DNA of 64,000 bases from Spironucleus salmonicida (Eukaryota). The notes under the pieces were generated by a model. That model did no database searches and was not told the DNA's origin. It worked only from the letters and a program-made list of their open reading frames with translations. Positions within the stretch are counted from its first letter, which is position 1; every line of letters starts with the position of its first letter. A program made the translations under genes and the position numbers. Positions 1-13,136 of the stretch are shown piece after piece. The stretch lies in contig NC_090597.1 in the NCBI RefSeq assembly GCF_000497125.1, positions 1,685,797-1,749,796 on the forward strand, written 5' to 3'.

Positions 1-15
1 TATTTATATTAATAA

Positions 16-948
16 ATGTTTCTTATTGACGTTGATGGTGTGTTGAAATTAGGCCATACTCCATTCAATTTTTCTAAGTAAGTACTTACCTAGCTATATG
101 ATAATAAGATACCACATGTATTGCTTTCTAATGCTTGCGGTGCTGAAGAATAGTTTTCGGAGAGATTATCAAAAATTTTAGATTTTTAAATAGATCCAGA
201 AAAAGTTGTTCTATCATCTTCCCCATTATCTAATTATTTGATATAGAATCCTCTAGATAAAATACTCGTTTTAGGCTCGAATACCCTAGCAGATCGTTTT
301 TTTAGTAAATTTTCAAATCCATATATTTATCCGGAAGATATCATTAGCAGGTATCCAGAAATTGCTCCACAATACAGGCATATTAATCAAAATGTTTAAT
401 CAATAAGAGAACTCTGTTTTGACGAAATAGATACTATCATATTTTTCGCTGACTCTATCAACTGGTATGCAGATATCCAAGTAGTTTTAGACGTGGTATT
501 AAACAAATCATCTATTAATCCTCATAAATAAGGTTCTAAAACTCCTAAAATTTTTGTATCTAATCCAGATATCACTTATGCTGATGATTCTGTATAGCCT
601 AAGCTTACAGTCGGCGCTGAAGTAGAATGCTTTAAATCACTTTATAAAAGTATTACATCCCAAGATGTCCATATAACATACTTTGGGAAACCATACACAC
701 CAGTTTATGAGTTATCTATTAAAAAACTGAAAAGTATGGATAATTATTCACCAGATAAGGAGATTTATATGATAGGAGACTCTTTATAAAGTGATATTAA
801 GGGCGCCAATTTAAATGGTATTACAAGTTGTTTAGTATTGACTGGAAAAGTTAAGAATGAATCTGAATTAGTTGACGTTCCATAAGATTTATATCCAAAA
901 AAGATATTTAAAAATATACAAAAAGCCTTATAAGAACTACTCAAGTGA
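16..948 (+). CDS. HAD-superfamily class IIA hydrolase (CECR5/HDHD5-like), ~310 aa
   Basis: Table-6 ORF: MFLIDVDGVL (motif I), FGKPY, MIGDSLQSDIKGAN (motif IV); ends AAG TGA. Confidence 0.9.
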
Positions 949-959
949 AATTATTTGGA

Positions 960-3845
960 TCATTAAGTAAGCCATTATTCCAACCAGGATAAATCGTATT
1001 TAATAAATACTTATACTCTTTCAAATATAAATTTAAACTCATCTTTCGTAAAAAGCTCTTTCTAAATACATAATTAAATAGCTGAAGTCGCTTTTCCTTT
1101 TGATTCCGATTAGCAGCAATTGATAATTTTATTCACATAAAATTTTGTTGGTAAAATTAGGTCAATACTCTATAAATATGAAATAACGTCAATAAAATAA
1201 TCATCTTTATTTTATAAAAATTAAATAAAAGATTTTTCAAAACATATTTCTATAAACTTAGGTTAATTATAATATGATTTAAAACTAAATGCGTCTATAA
1301 CCTACTGTGCAAATGGGCATTTTAATTATATAAATAAGTCTGTAACTTTTTGAGATGAAGTTAAATTACCTGGTACCAGTTATAACATAGATTTTACTAT
1401 ATCTTTAAATGCCTCAGCTGATGAAGGTATTTTTTAGAAAAATATTGTATGTAATAAATTTATCAAATCAAGTTCAAATTTATTTAGAAGAATAGTTGAT
1501 AAATTCTCTTTTGAGAGATTAAAATATGAAAAATTATCATCTTTTAAACATTATTAATAAGGTACATAATCATTGATTAAATTAAATTATTCTTATTCTA
1601 TTAAATTTAAAATATAATTTTATTATTCCTCAGTTAATTGTTCATTTTCATTATATTCCATGAGAGTAGACTAATACGAATATTAAATAACCTATTTCAA
1701 AACTTAAAGTAAGATATTATAATTAGACTAATCTTTTAATATAGATAAAAATGAGGTAAAGCTAAGTTATTTTTAAATTAATAAATCTGATACAAATTTT
1801 ATTAAGAATTAATAATTATCTTTATCCCAGCTATATAATGTGTCAAATGCCCAATCTACAATAGAAGTGAAAAATTGTTAATTATCAACTTTTCTCAATT
1901 GCTTTTAGGACTAAAATAAAAACTATTAAATTTTTTACGGGGTTAAATTAATATCTTTATATTTCTTTAAAATATTTAGTAAGTTTTCACTTAATTTATT
2001 TGAAACTGATCTTTGCTAAAGAATTTAATTAGCATCTTAAATAATATTTGATCCTGTAAAGAAAAGTAATATACCCTCAAATGATAAGTCATCGTTTTTC
2101 CAGCTTTGTATATGTTAAAGTGTAATATTTGTAATGTTAATTTAAGTTTAACTACTCTAAGAGGTGTTATTTCTTTTTATATCTTCACAATTTATATTTA
2201 TGTTTAAATCTAAAATATTTTTATCTCTAATATGAAAACTTTATACAGCAGAGAACAAGTTATGATCATAGATAAAACGAATAAGACCAAATAGTAATTC
2301 AAACTCGTTCATATAATCCAATTCTTAAGTCTACTATTTATACTATAATAAATATCTAATTGCAATTTTTACAGCTTCTAAAATCATGTCTATATAGTTA
2401 CAATTAGATAATTCATCTTTCCTGAATTATAATAACCAATATTATATATAATCTTATTTAACAGCAATAGATTTTGCTTCATTCCATCTTTTCTCATAAT
2501 TTTATCTTGATTATTATAAATTTTGAGGTGTTTTCTCTGATTTTTCCTATTTTTAATGTGATAATTAAGTGAAAATCATATTACAAAGTTTAACTAAAGT
2601 TTTAGCTGAAATTATTTAATCATTTTATATGTATAAGTAAGCTAAAAACTTCAATGCAAGTTTCATGTGTAAATCTATAATATAACTATTAGTATTTTTT
2701 GAAAATTTTGCATCAAGAAGCTTATATGTCACTATTTCTTATTATACCCGACACTTAATCAATAGATTAGATATAAACGCCTTGAAAGTTGTATATTATG
2801 TATACTCAAGTACAGATGTCTATATTTACTTATTATTAGAAATACTGATATAAAATAAATTAAATACCTTTGCATAAAACTCCACAAATTTATCCTCAAT
2901 ACAACTTTTCTCATAAATTTCAAAAACTATCATTTCAATTATATCCCATTTCATACTTAATAATTTTTAATTATCTATAATCTCTACAAGTCGTTTTACC
3001 AATATATTTTATTCAGAATTGGCAAACTTATTTAATAATGAATTTACCTCTTGCTATAGACTAGTTTCCAAATTACTAATATCACCACGAATTGTCATTT
3101 CTGCAATTTCTGGACGATCACCCGCCTTAGAATCTTAATACTTAAAATTATCTGAAATTGATTATTCACAGTAAAATTTTAGCTAAAATGACTCAGGTGG
3201 ATTGAGATGAGACGGCTTTCGCGTTTCTTCTATTGATAAAACTTTGTTAAAAATATCTCTAAACCCCATCTACTCTGCTATATTGATAACTAACTACTTA
3301 TTTTTAAGTGGTTATATATCTTTAGATTAACTCGCTTCTCGTGGCTTTGAAGACTCTCGATATCTTCTAAATGGCGTGTAATCATGAGATTAAGAGGATG
3401 GTAACTTAGATTCTATTTTCAATGCTTCTTAAGTTTCTTAAATAATTTTAGGTTCGCATGGTTATGGCTTAAAAGAAATTTTAGGTACGGAGTATAATGT
3501 AGCTTATGACTATATCGGTATCAATATATTTGAATTAACTTCAGGTTATTATACACATTCTTTTGGAGCACTTCTCAAAATAAGTCTCTCTTTATTACTA
3601 ATAGTTTATTTATTGTCTATATAAGCATTTTCATTAGATGTGTTACCATCAGGTAATTGTTATTAATCTATAGAAGAGGTAGTACTTAAGGTAGAATCAT
3701 TAGGAGCTCCAGAAAGTTCAAATTTTTTAAGTGCAAAATTGTCCTATTTTATTGATGCATTTATTTCATAAGTTGCTTCTTTAACAACGGATGTATCCTA
3801 TATTATGTTCTCAGTAGGTTAATCTCTGAAAGTATATTTAGACAT
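960..3845 (-). CDS. MIF4G-domain protein, eIF4G-like, ~961 aa
   Basis: Low-complexity N-terminus, then EVNSLLNKF...EIYEKSCIEDKFVEFYAKV...FISNLLIKC...LKFLAYLY, ordered like eIF4G MIF4G helices. Confidence 0.6.
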
Positions 3846-3896
3846 TACAAAAGGAAAGTTTACAAACTAATACATCACTATTTCGTATATAATAAA

Positions 3897-5027
3897 TCAT
3901 AATTTTAGCTTTTAGAAAAACTCATCTACGTTTTCTATATACCAACTTACTTTTTTATCATACTAGCATAAGCATTAATGATATATTTAAGACACAACTA
4001 TATCAATAATTACTGTTAATGAACAATCTGCAATTATAATTTACCATATATCAAAAATATCTTTAATTAATACACTTCTAGTAAATAATGACACTATTTA
4101 TTCAACACAATATAGTAGAGGTATATCAATATCCAATTAATTAATACAATTTCTAAATTTTTTCTCCTTCTTATTAACAGAAGCGCAAAACAATTTTTTA
4201 ATTATCTAAAATTAATTATTAATCTAAGATGAATTCACACTAAAAAATTATATATTAGCCTATAATCTTTAAATAAATCTCATTGATAACTAGGCAACAT
4301 CGGCTAAAAAATCAATAAAATTAGTTTAATCAATAATACTTCCCTAAGCTATAACAGAATCTAATACTAAATTTAAGAATATAGCTACTACATCACAGTA
4401 ACCTTATTAGTAATGTTTTAAAAAATGGGTAATAGCCTAAGTAACTTTAAATATAAGAACACAGTCCAACATATAATCTATTTAAATATGTTGATTAAAT
4501 AAGATTTAGTTTAAAAACTGCATATCTTCTGAGATAAAATATAAAAGATCTAAGTTTTAAAATTAAGCAGATGATTATTTGTTTAATTAACAAGGTAAAT
4601 TTTTAGTTCTGGGGACGTCTTAAGATAATTTTTTAATTGCATCTTAGTATGATTTTTTATTATTAAATATTAATTGAGATAAACTAAAATATTCTATAAA
4701 TATAATACTTTCTGTCTAATCAAAACAGAGAATATTTCTAAATTCTTTAAGAACCTAATAAGGATTAGCGATAGAAGTGGGATTCTAATAATATGCAAAT
4801 GATGTGTTCTTTTTGATATTTTTTACAGTATTGCTACTATGAATATCTTAGTTATAAATAAATTTTAAATTATCAATTTTCATAGTTAATCCTGGATTAA
4901 TTATATTAAGATAAACAACCTATTATTTATTAATTTTCATACCATTATTTTAATTGGATAGTGAAAATACTAAATAATTCTCTGAACACTCATTGACTTC
5001 AAAAATATTTAACTTCATTGTCTCCAT
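3897..5027 (-). CDS. Rab-GAP TBC-domain protein, ~376 aa
   Basis: Arg finger LSQDVPRT and Gln finger HYQQGYCDVVAIFL. Confidence 0.8.
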
Positions 5028-5177
5028 TTAAGATTAACATAGATATATACATATATGTACAATATAATTGTAGTTTTAATATTTTATAATTATTACATTA
5101 ATTAAATAAATAATTAATATTTTTTCTCAATGACATTTCATTTGCTTTTAACCAAACGTCCCTCTTTATAAATTATA

Positions 5178-6116
5178 TCACCTAAAACCTAACTATATTT
5201 TTTTTTCAATAATATCGTCCATTCTTGTTTTCTATTAAAGATATCTGATTAAAATAAAATATAACATTTTCGCTTTCAATATTATTTATGCAGACTTTTC
5301 AGAAATTTCTGATCTGATAATTCTACTAACTGAAAGTAATTATAAAATTATTATACCTCCTATGTTTGCATCCTTACCACATTCATCCTGACTAAAATTA
5401 CTCAAAATTCGTGATGACCTTAAATCCAGGTAATCAGCCTATAATAAGTTAAAATCCACATATGGTTGTTCTACATCAATATTTACTATAATTAATATTG
5501 GAAATAATATAAGTAAGATCAGAGAGTTATAATTTCTTGTGAGGAAAGCCCACAAGACGGTTATGCTAAAAGAATTCCATAATGATACAGAGACGCATAT
5601 TTGTTCTTTGTCTTTTGGAAATTAAGTTTTCGGTTTCGAATTTTAAGTGATACTTTTATTGGCTCATATACAGACTTTTTTCAATTTCAAGACCTTGATA
5701 TCTCATAATTATCCTAAACTTCGTATTATCCAATTTAAGAGAAAAATTATTAAAAAAAGGAATTTCTCGTTTCTAGAAAATTAATAAAAATTTACGTAGT
5801 ATATTATCAATAATTAAACTGATAAGGTAGATTGATATATTGTAGGAGTTAACTGGTTCTAGCGATTGTATAGTTAATACAAACTAGTTTAAATGCTAAA
5901 TAATGAGCCCCTGACAAACAGTTATTAAAAATATTTATTAGAAATTCGTTACGAAGAATTACAGATCAAATATATAGAGAAAGTCAATATAAATTATTAA
6001 GAATTAGATACTTAAAATTAATGAATGTGTTAATTTAAAATATTTCCGATATTGAAAAAAAGAAAATCTAAGCTTTATAAAAAATATAAAAAATAGTTCA
6101 AATATTGTAATTTCAT
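5178..6116 (-). CDS. Hypothetical membrane protein, ~312 aa
   Basis: Open table-6 frame with hydrophobic segment ITVLWAFL...LILLILFPILIIV. Confidence 0.55.
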
Positions 6117-6136
6117 AGTGATATATAAAATTTACG

Positions 6137-6622
6137 TCATTTTATTGCATCATATTTTAGTTTTATTACTTCTACTTATAACTCCTATAATATTTGATTG
6201 AGAATAAGAATATCATCTATATTATTAATGATTTACAGTGTCTCGTAATGTTCATCTAAGTATTATAATTAATTTATTGTGCTCTAAATTTCAGAGTTTT
6301 CTTTTTCTAATTACTCCATCACATAATTTGCTTATTTATTCCTTACTTCTGTTCTAGTTACCCTCATATTTGTTTTAATAAGTGGATTGTTGTCAGGTGT
6401 TTTATTTTCCTATCCTTAAAATGATTAGCTTGATAAACACTCAACAATCTATGGTTTGGTATCTTACTAAGGATCCTGATTTAATCTACTTTTAAGCTAT
6501 ACATCTGTTAAATTAAATTAAGGCTAAATACTTACTTTTTATTTATTAATATCACAAGATCTAGAAAATAAAGGTTATGCGGTCATAGGAATTGTTATAG
6601 TTTCGTTTTATATATTTTGCAT
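6137..6622 (-). CDS. Hypothetical protein, ~161 aa
   Basis: ATG-to-TGA frame (MQNIQNETITIPMTAQP...) downstream of an AT-rich spacer. Confidence 0.5.
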
Positions 6623-6664
6623 TTTCAGCAAAAATATTTATAATATATAATCATATTAATTCAA

Positions 6665-7339
6665 TCATTCTATTAATGATTTAATAAAAGATTCTAAATG
6701 TAATAGACTCTGTTATACGGTATCATATATTATAATATAACCATTAATATTATACTACAATTTTAGCCCTAACATTATGCAATCTAAAGAAGTAATGATT
6801 ATTTCAGTTAAATCACCTTATGTAAAATCAGTTATTATAAGAATAATCAATGGGCGAACTAACACATTTAAATTAAATGTTGCCTTACATTAAGATAAAG
6901 CAAAAAGAATTATTGGGCGGCCAAGCTGAGACAATATAAAAGTTAGTTTCTCTGAGTATGAAGCCTTTGACCTCATGCTCTTGCTCTTACGCAAGGAATC
7001 TGAAACTGAAAAATATAATATCACATACGGTGAAATAATATTGTATAAATGATAATTAGTAATTTCTGTAAACTAAACAATCAGATGTGCTACAATAATT
7101 GGCGGGTAATTAAGGCCTATAACAGGTGATAATAATTCTTATCCCACTAATAACTAGTAAAATATTTTATTTGAGGATAGGAATAGTATAGTCACAATAA
7201 TTGAAGACATATTTGATATATTATACTTAGAACAAAACTTTAACGGTATCGACAATATGAAAATAAATCCTATTAAATCCGTTATAAAATAAGATATTGA
7301 TGTTTGTTTAGACTTTGCAATGAAAGATGATATTGACAT
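6665..7339 (-). CDS. Hypothetical multi-pass membrane protein, ~224 aa
   Basis: Extends track ORF 7154..7339 through TAG; several hydrophobic stretches; ends ...ESFIKSLIE TGA. Confidence 0.6.
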
Positions 7340-7573
7340 TAATCAATTATTTATATAAAATATTTATTATATATATTTAATTTATATTTTTAAAATAAAA
7401 TTTAGCAAAGAATAAACTAAGTTGAACTAATTATTATATCAACAGAAACAACTTTCTTATAATTAATATATTATTAATTATGAATATATCAAGTTACAGT
7501 AAATAATTTTTGTTTATTTGGTTTTATTGTAAACCTTCTGTTTAACATCTACTTTTACCCTACATAACTTTTA

Positions 7574-8788
7574 ATGCCACCTAATCACAATCAAACTGCT
7601 ATTACTATTTCAAATGGAGTTAGTTTTAATGAATCACGATGCATTGGTTGTAATTAATGTGTTATTGCATGTAATGAATAAGCAATAGATGTATTTATTA
7701 AAAATGACAAAAAACTTTTCCCACCTAAATTTAAGTAGTAAAATTTTGAAAACTCAGGTTGTATATAATGTGGAATGTGTGTATTAGCATGTCCTGTAAA
7801 TGCAATGTAACCTACAAAGCAATGTATAAATGATGAATCTATTTTTCTTGTGGCACCATCTTCTCGTGTAGTGTTAGCAGAACATGTAAATATTCCTGGA
7901 AATTTATGCGATACATATATTATAAGCGTTTTAAAGTAATTAAATGCAAATAAAATATATGATGTCAATATTGGAGCGGATCTTACAACTATAATAGATG
8001 CTAAAGAATATTTACATCTTAAATAAGAAGGACTTCTGCCACTTTTTTCATCATGTTGTCCAGCATGGGTAAATTATTGTGAACTATTTCATTCATAGTT
8101 GATACCAAAAGTATCAACAGCTAAATCATGTGTAGAAATGCTATCAAGTCTGATCGAAGAGTAAAATATCGTTTAAGTCATGCCATGTATAGCTAAAAAA
8201 GATGAAATAAAAAGAAAGTGTCTTGATAGCAAATGTAAGTGTGTTTTAACAGTTAATGAATTGTCCCAAATAATTACTCAAAATAATATAACAGTAAATT
8301 TAGAAGTTGAATAATAATATGATTAACCATTTAATACTGCCAGTGGTGGAGCCAGTATATTTGGTAAAAGTGGTGGCGTTGCAGAGACAATCGTAAGGTA
8401 GTTAGCATACTGGTAGAATGTTAGTTATAAACTAATAAATTCTGTAATCTTATACTCTTTTAAAAAATAGTAATTATTGAAAAATATTTACCTCATTGGT
8501 GACTAGAATTTTTGTGCCCTTATTGCATCTGGTGGAAGTGCTATGCAGAAAGCCATTTAATTTATATAATCTGAACAGGAAGAGATTGATTTTGTGGAGA
8601 TGATGGCATGCCCTGGTGGATGTATGGGTGGTGGAGGCACATTTAAGACAAGTTCACTTTTATTAAGAAAATAAATGATGGAAGACAAAGATAAATAAAA
8701 TATAATTAAGGTTGCAAGTTAAAATTTATCTATTATTGAATATGTTGATAAGGATATACTAAAAACAAATTTCAGCTGTAGAAAATGA
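7574..8788 (+). CDS. hydA: [FeFe]-hydrogenase with N-terminal 2x[4Fe-4S] ferredoxin domain, ~404 aa
   Basis: CIGCNQCVIAC, CIQCGMCVLACP; H-cluster motifs SSCCPAW, MPCIAKKDE, EMMACPGGCMGGGG. Confidence 0.95.
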
Positions 8789-9084
8789 TTCAAATTTATG
8801 ATCAAATTATAATAATTACAAATATCAAATATATTAAATTTTTCTAATATAAAATTAATTGTAAGATTAATGAATAATAACTATAATAATTTATTTGATA
8901 CTAATAGAATAAAATCCTGCGTAATTTTTAAATTAAATATATTATTACAGTAGGATAATATCTAAATCTATCTTTAGATACGCGAAAAGTGTCAAAATAT
9001 ATGTTAAGTATATAATTAAAGTTGCATTCACAAACTAAATAATATATTATATATCTTAATATTTGATGATTTTTCCTTCCTTAA

Positions 9085-11751
9085 ATGCTTGAAAAACTAT
9101 TTAGGGATATAATATAAGCTAATTCATCAGAATAATATGAAATTGTTTCATAATAAATATAAAATGAGATGATTACAGATTAGTTTCCATTATAATGCGT
9201 TTAAATAATAGATATTAATTCTAGCAATGAAATCACATTATTAGCATAAACACAGTTTAAAAATTGGGTAAAAATATTCTTACATCCAAAGAGTATTGAC
9301 GTAAAGTAATAGATATTATCGATGTCTACTAAAATTCTAGTCAATTCATTGTCTGCCTAATAATTTTAAGTTAATTATGAAACTTTTTGCATATGTTTAG
9401 ACAATTTACCACTTATTGATTCAATGAATTACATTAATAGTTTAATGTAATCTTTAACTCAAGACCAATTTTATGCAGGATGTTTCATTGTTTAAGCTGC
9501 ATGTCGTAGAAATAGAAATTCAATTAAAGCACGAGATTTATTTAAGTAGCTATTTACCGAAAGATTATTTCCTGTTATTTATTTTGTTGTTGATACGTTT
9601 TAATAGCACGACTAATTTATAGTTAAATGTGTTTTAAATTCATATAATGCATCTTTGGCGAATATACTTTAAGAACATATGAACCACTTAAATTTTTTTA
9701 TCTAAAAGCTGAATACTTTATATCTGGCAGAAGATTAGTACAAATAGTAAGTTTTAGAAATTTTACTGTCTTATTTTATTAATTATAAAAAAATTAATAA
9801 TTATGATCAAGTAACCAAATAAAAATATTAAGAATTTTTGAGCTAATATTAAGTTAAAATGCTTCCATAAATATAGTTTGTATTAAAATAATTAGAAAAT
9901 TACACCATATTTACTCCACATTAGATTGGGTCACTAATTAAAATTTTAAGATTTTCTTTTGAATGTAATGTAGATATACCAGAAGAACTATAACTTTAGC
10001 TATTTAATTTTATATTATTTTTAATTAAAATGTAGTACCAAGAACTAGTTTCTAGTAATCAGTAAGTTGATTCGCTATTATCTTTACCAATATACTAACT
10101 ACACTAATTAGCATAAACATTTGATAGTTAAATATTTACGCCGTTAAATGCTGAATATTTTTATGCAGCTTCAAATGTTACTTTATCTATTAACTCACTT
10201 ATTGATGAATTAGCTAGATTTTTAGGAGTTTATTTTAACTTTATTAGAAAAGATAGTTTAGAAGATGTCTTAACAAATCTATTTTAATCATTACCTACCG
10301 CAGAAGATAATGATTTTTATGGAACTACTATTGCTATAGCATAAATTTTACGAAGAATGGCTTTAAATAGCACAGAATAAGATTAAAAATTTATCAATTA
10401 TACAATTGAAATTATGAATTATTATAGCACATTAATAGAAGATAAATCATAGAAATCTTGGATAGCATTATGGTTAATTAATGCAGTTATTAATGATGTT
10501 ACAAAATATTAAGATTATATTTAGCTTACCAGTGAATTGACAAACAGAGCTGTCTCACACGTTTAAAACTGTAGTTCAATTGGATAATTCTTCCTACTTC
10601 TAGTTTTCATTAAATAAAGACTAAATTCCCTTCGAGCGAATTAGGCAGCATATAACAAAACTCATTTTCTTGATGAAAATGTTTTCCCAACACTATGCAA
10701 TCTCCTTATTCATGTAAGCAATTCATTTCCATTCTATACCGAAATTTATGATTCTTTAGTCACAGCAACAGAATTATTAATAAAAACACACCCGGAATAT
10801 ATTTCTTAGCATTTTTCACGGGTTTTTAAAAACCTGTTCACCAACGACAAAATAAGAATTGATTAAATTTGTGATCTACTAGAGCTTTTTTGCACCGTTT
10901 TTGTAATTAGAGAAGCGGAAATTGATGTTGAAACGTACATTCTAGTCGCAACAGCTATACAATAACTTCTTACGTATCTAACGCAAATTTTTTAAAATGA
11001 ACACATATAAAACCTCGAGACAGCCTCCAATGCAATTTCTGCATTATGCGCAAATGTTGAAACATCAGAATTACGGGAAGAAATGCAACCATAATTCAGT
11101 GAAATCCTGAATTTGTTAGTTATAATAACACTAAACAAAGGCGACTGGGTAACTAACTATACAATTTCAGGAATTCTTTCTCTAGTTGATGTTTTCACAG
11201 TTTGGGAAGCTTAAGACCAAGTTTTTAGAATTATCAGCCAATTCGAGATTCCTAAAACATTCCATTGCTTCAGGTTTTGCATGATTTTTGCAGCCGCACA
11301 TTCTTTTGCAAATTCAGAAACACTTCCATGGATCCAATAAAATTTGCTTCAATTAGTTGATTTGACACTATGTGATGTTAGAATTGAGTTTTTTGCTATA
11401 GGAATAGTTTATTTACTGCTAAAAATAGGGTTTCAGGAAGTGCAAAAATATGCTTAAATTCTTGCATTTACCGTTTCAAATCGATATGATTTTGTTAGTG
11501 CCTTCTATTGCTTTTAGGGAGGAAAAGTAGCATAGATTGCAACCTTGCGGAATTAGAATCTTATATAAGAAGCAAGAGAGTTAGCAGGTGATGATCAAAT
11601 TATTGAACTTTATTAGTTATTAGAGCAGTAGGGGTTGGTTATGTATAAAGTTCGAGAAATAGATGATGCTATGGATATAGATGAATTATAGAGTAGGGTT
11701 GAACGAATTTAGCTTTTAAGCCAGGAGATAATTAAAAGTTTTGATGAATGA
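9085..11751 (+). CDS. Importin-beta family (karyopherin) HEAT-repeat protein, ~888 aa
   Basis: N-terminal LLAQTQFKNWVK resembles IBN_N; helical Leu/Ile-rich sequence of typical size. Confidence 0.55.
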
Positions 11752-11754
11752 AAA

Positions 11755-13095
11755 TCACTGTATTTCTTCTTAACCTTCATTTCTTATTTTATATTGCTCA
11801 AATGGTGGAAGGCCAATGGTTGCCATGCATGCTAAATTGATCATGTGCCACGGTTTTCCAAAATACGGCTAGAAGAAGAAATCCATAACCAACATTTACT
11901 CAATTTTGAGGTTTCTCTGAATCGCTAGAGACAGTGCATTTATATAGCTCGAAATATCATGTTTCGAGAATATCTACGAACCGTAAATTGCTCGTGATTC
12001 CTCATCATAGGTCAATTACATTGAAACCACTTCGAAAGAAGGCATAAACTCGGCCCTATGGTTATCACTTATTTTCACTCTTTTAGCAGAAGGTGCTGAC
12101 AGTATATGCAGTGGATTACCAGTTGCACAAAAATAATATCCAAATAAGTTAAGACACTTAGTATTTTAAGTACCCTACATTGGCAGTGGTTTTCCCAAAA
12201 TCGTACAAGCACATGAAATAGCAGATTTTGATGCCAATTAAGCAGATGGGGCGAAAATATCCTATTTTATGAGGTTTGAATAGACTGTTGCACAGTCTCC
12301 AATGGCGTAAATCTTTGGAACTGAAGTACACTAAGTTTTATCTACTATAATTGCCCCTTCATCATTTCGTTTTACTATATCCTTAAGAAAATCAACATTA
12401 GGCGTAATACCTGTACAATTTATATAACAATCTACCTCGTACTTTTCTTTAGTAGTGATAATTTCCACATGATTCTGAACATCAACTATTTTTGTGACCT
12501 TCTAGTTCAATACAACTTCCACCTTATTGATTTTAAGTAACTTCTCAATTTGATTTGAAAACTCTATATCAAAATTTGACGTACACAGCTTTTCTTTATC
12601 GGTAATTAACAAAGTCTTCACTTTTCTCTCTGCAAAAGCTGATGCAATTTCAACCCCTGAAATTCCGCCTCCAATAATTGCAACAGATTATTGCTCGAAA
12701 TTTTATAATTTTTATAACCCTTCAACTGTATTAAAAGGAATAAATCGTTGTGAATCAAAGGTATGAGTGTTTTTAGTACCAGTAGCAATGACTAAATAAT
12801 CGTAAGGTAAATTACAATCATTGGTTGCTATAAGTTTAGCCTCTTAATTTATAGAGATAATACATGTTTTAAGAAGAATTTTTATATTTTACTCTTCAAC
12901 TATTTATTTAGTGGTGAAGAATGTTTAACTAAGCTCACATTACTTGGAGATGAGTGACTATGCAGATGAAGTCTGTTTGGCTATATAAGATGAAGACTCT
13001 ATAATAGTAATATCTAAATTTTTATCATTTGCTATTAAAGTCAATGCACAGGTTACTCCTGATACCGAACCTCCAATAATAATAACTCGTTTCAT
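11755..13095 (-). CDS. nox: NADH oxidase-family flavoprotein (divergent), ~446 aa
   Basis: MKRVIIIGGSVSG FAD motif, YDYLVIATG, VAIIGGGISGVE, YAIGDCA, C-terminal DFFFQPYFGKPW as in bacterial NOX/NPX. Confidence 0.85.
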
Positions 13096-13136
13096 TTAAT
13101 TCCACTATAATATAGTAATACTAAATATATTATATT

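Noticed and set aside
4295-4308. 14-nt match CAACATCGGCTAAA to the reverse complement of ~33565-33578
   Set aside because: Both encode L-A-D-V; a single match of this length is plausible by chance in 64 kb
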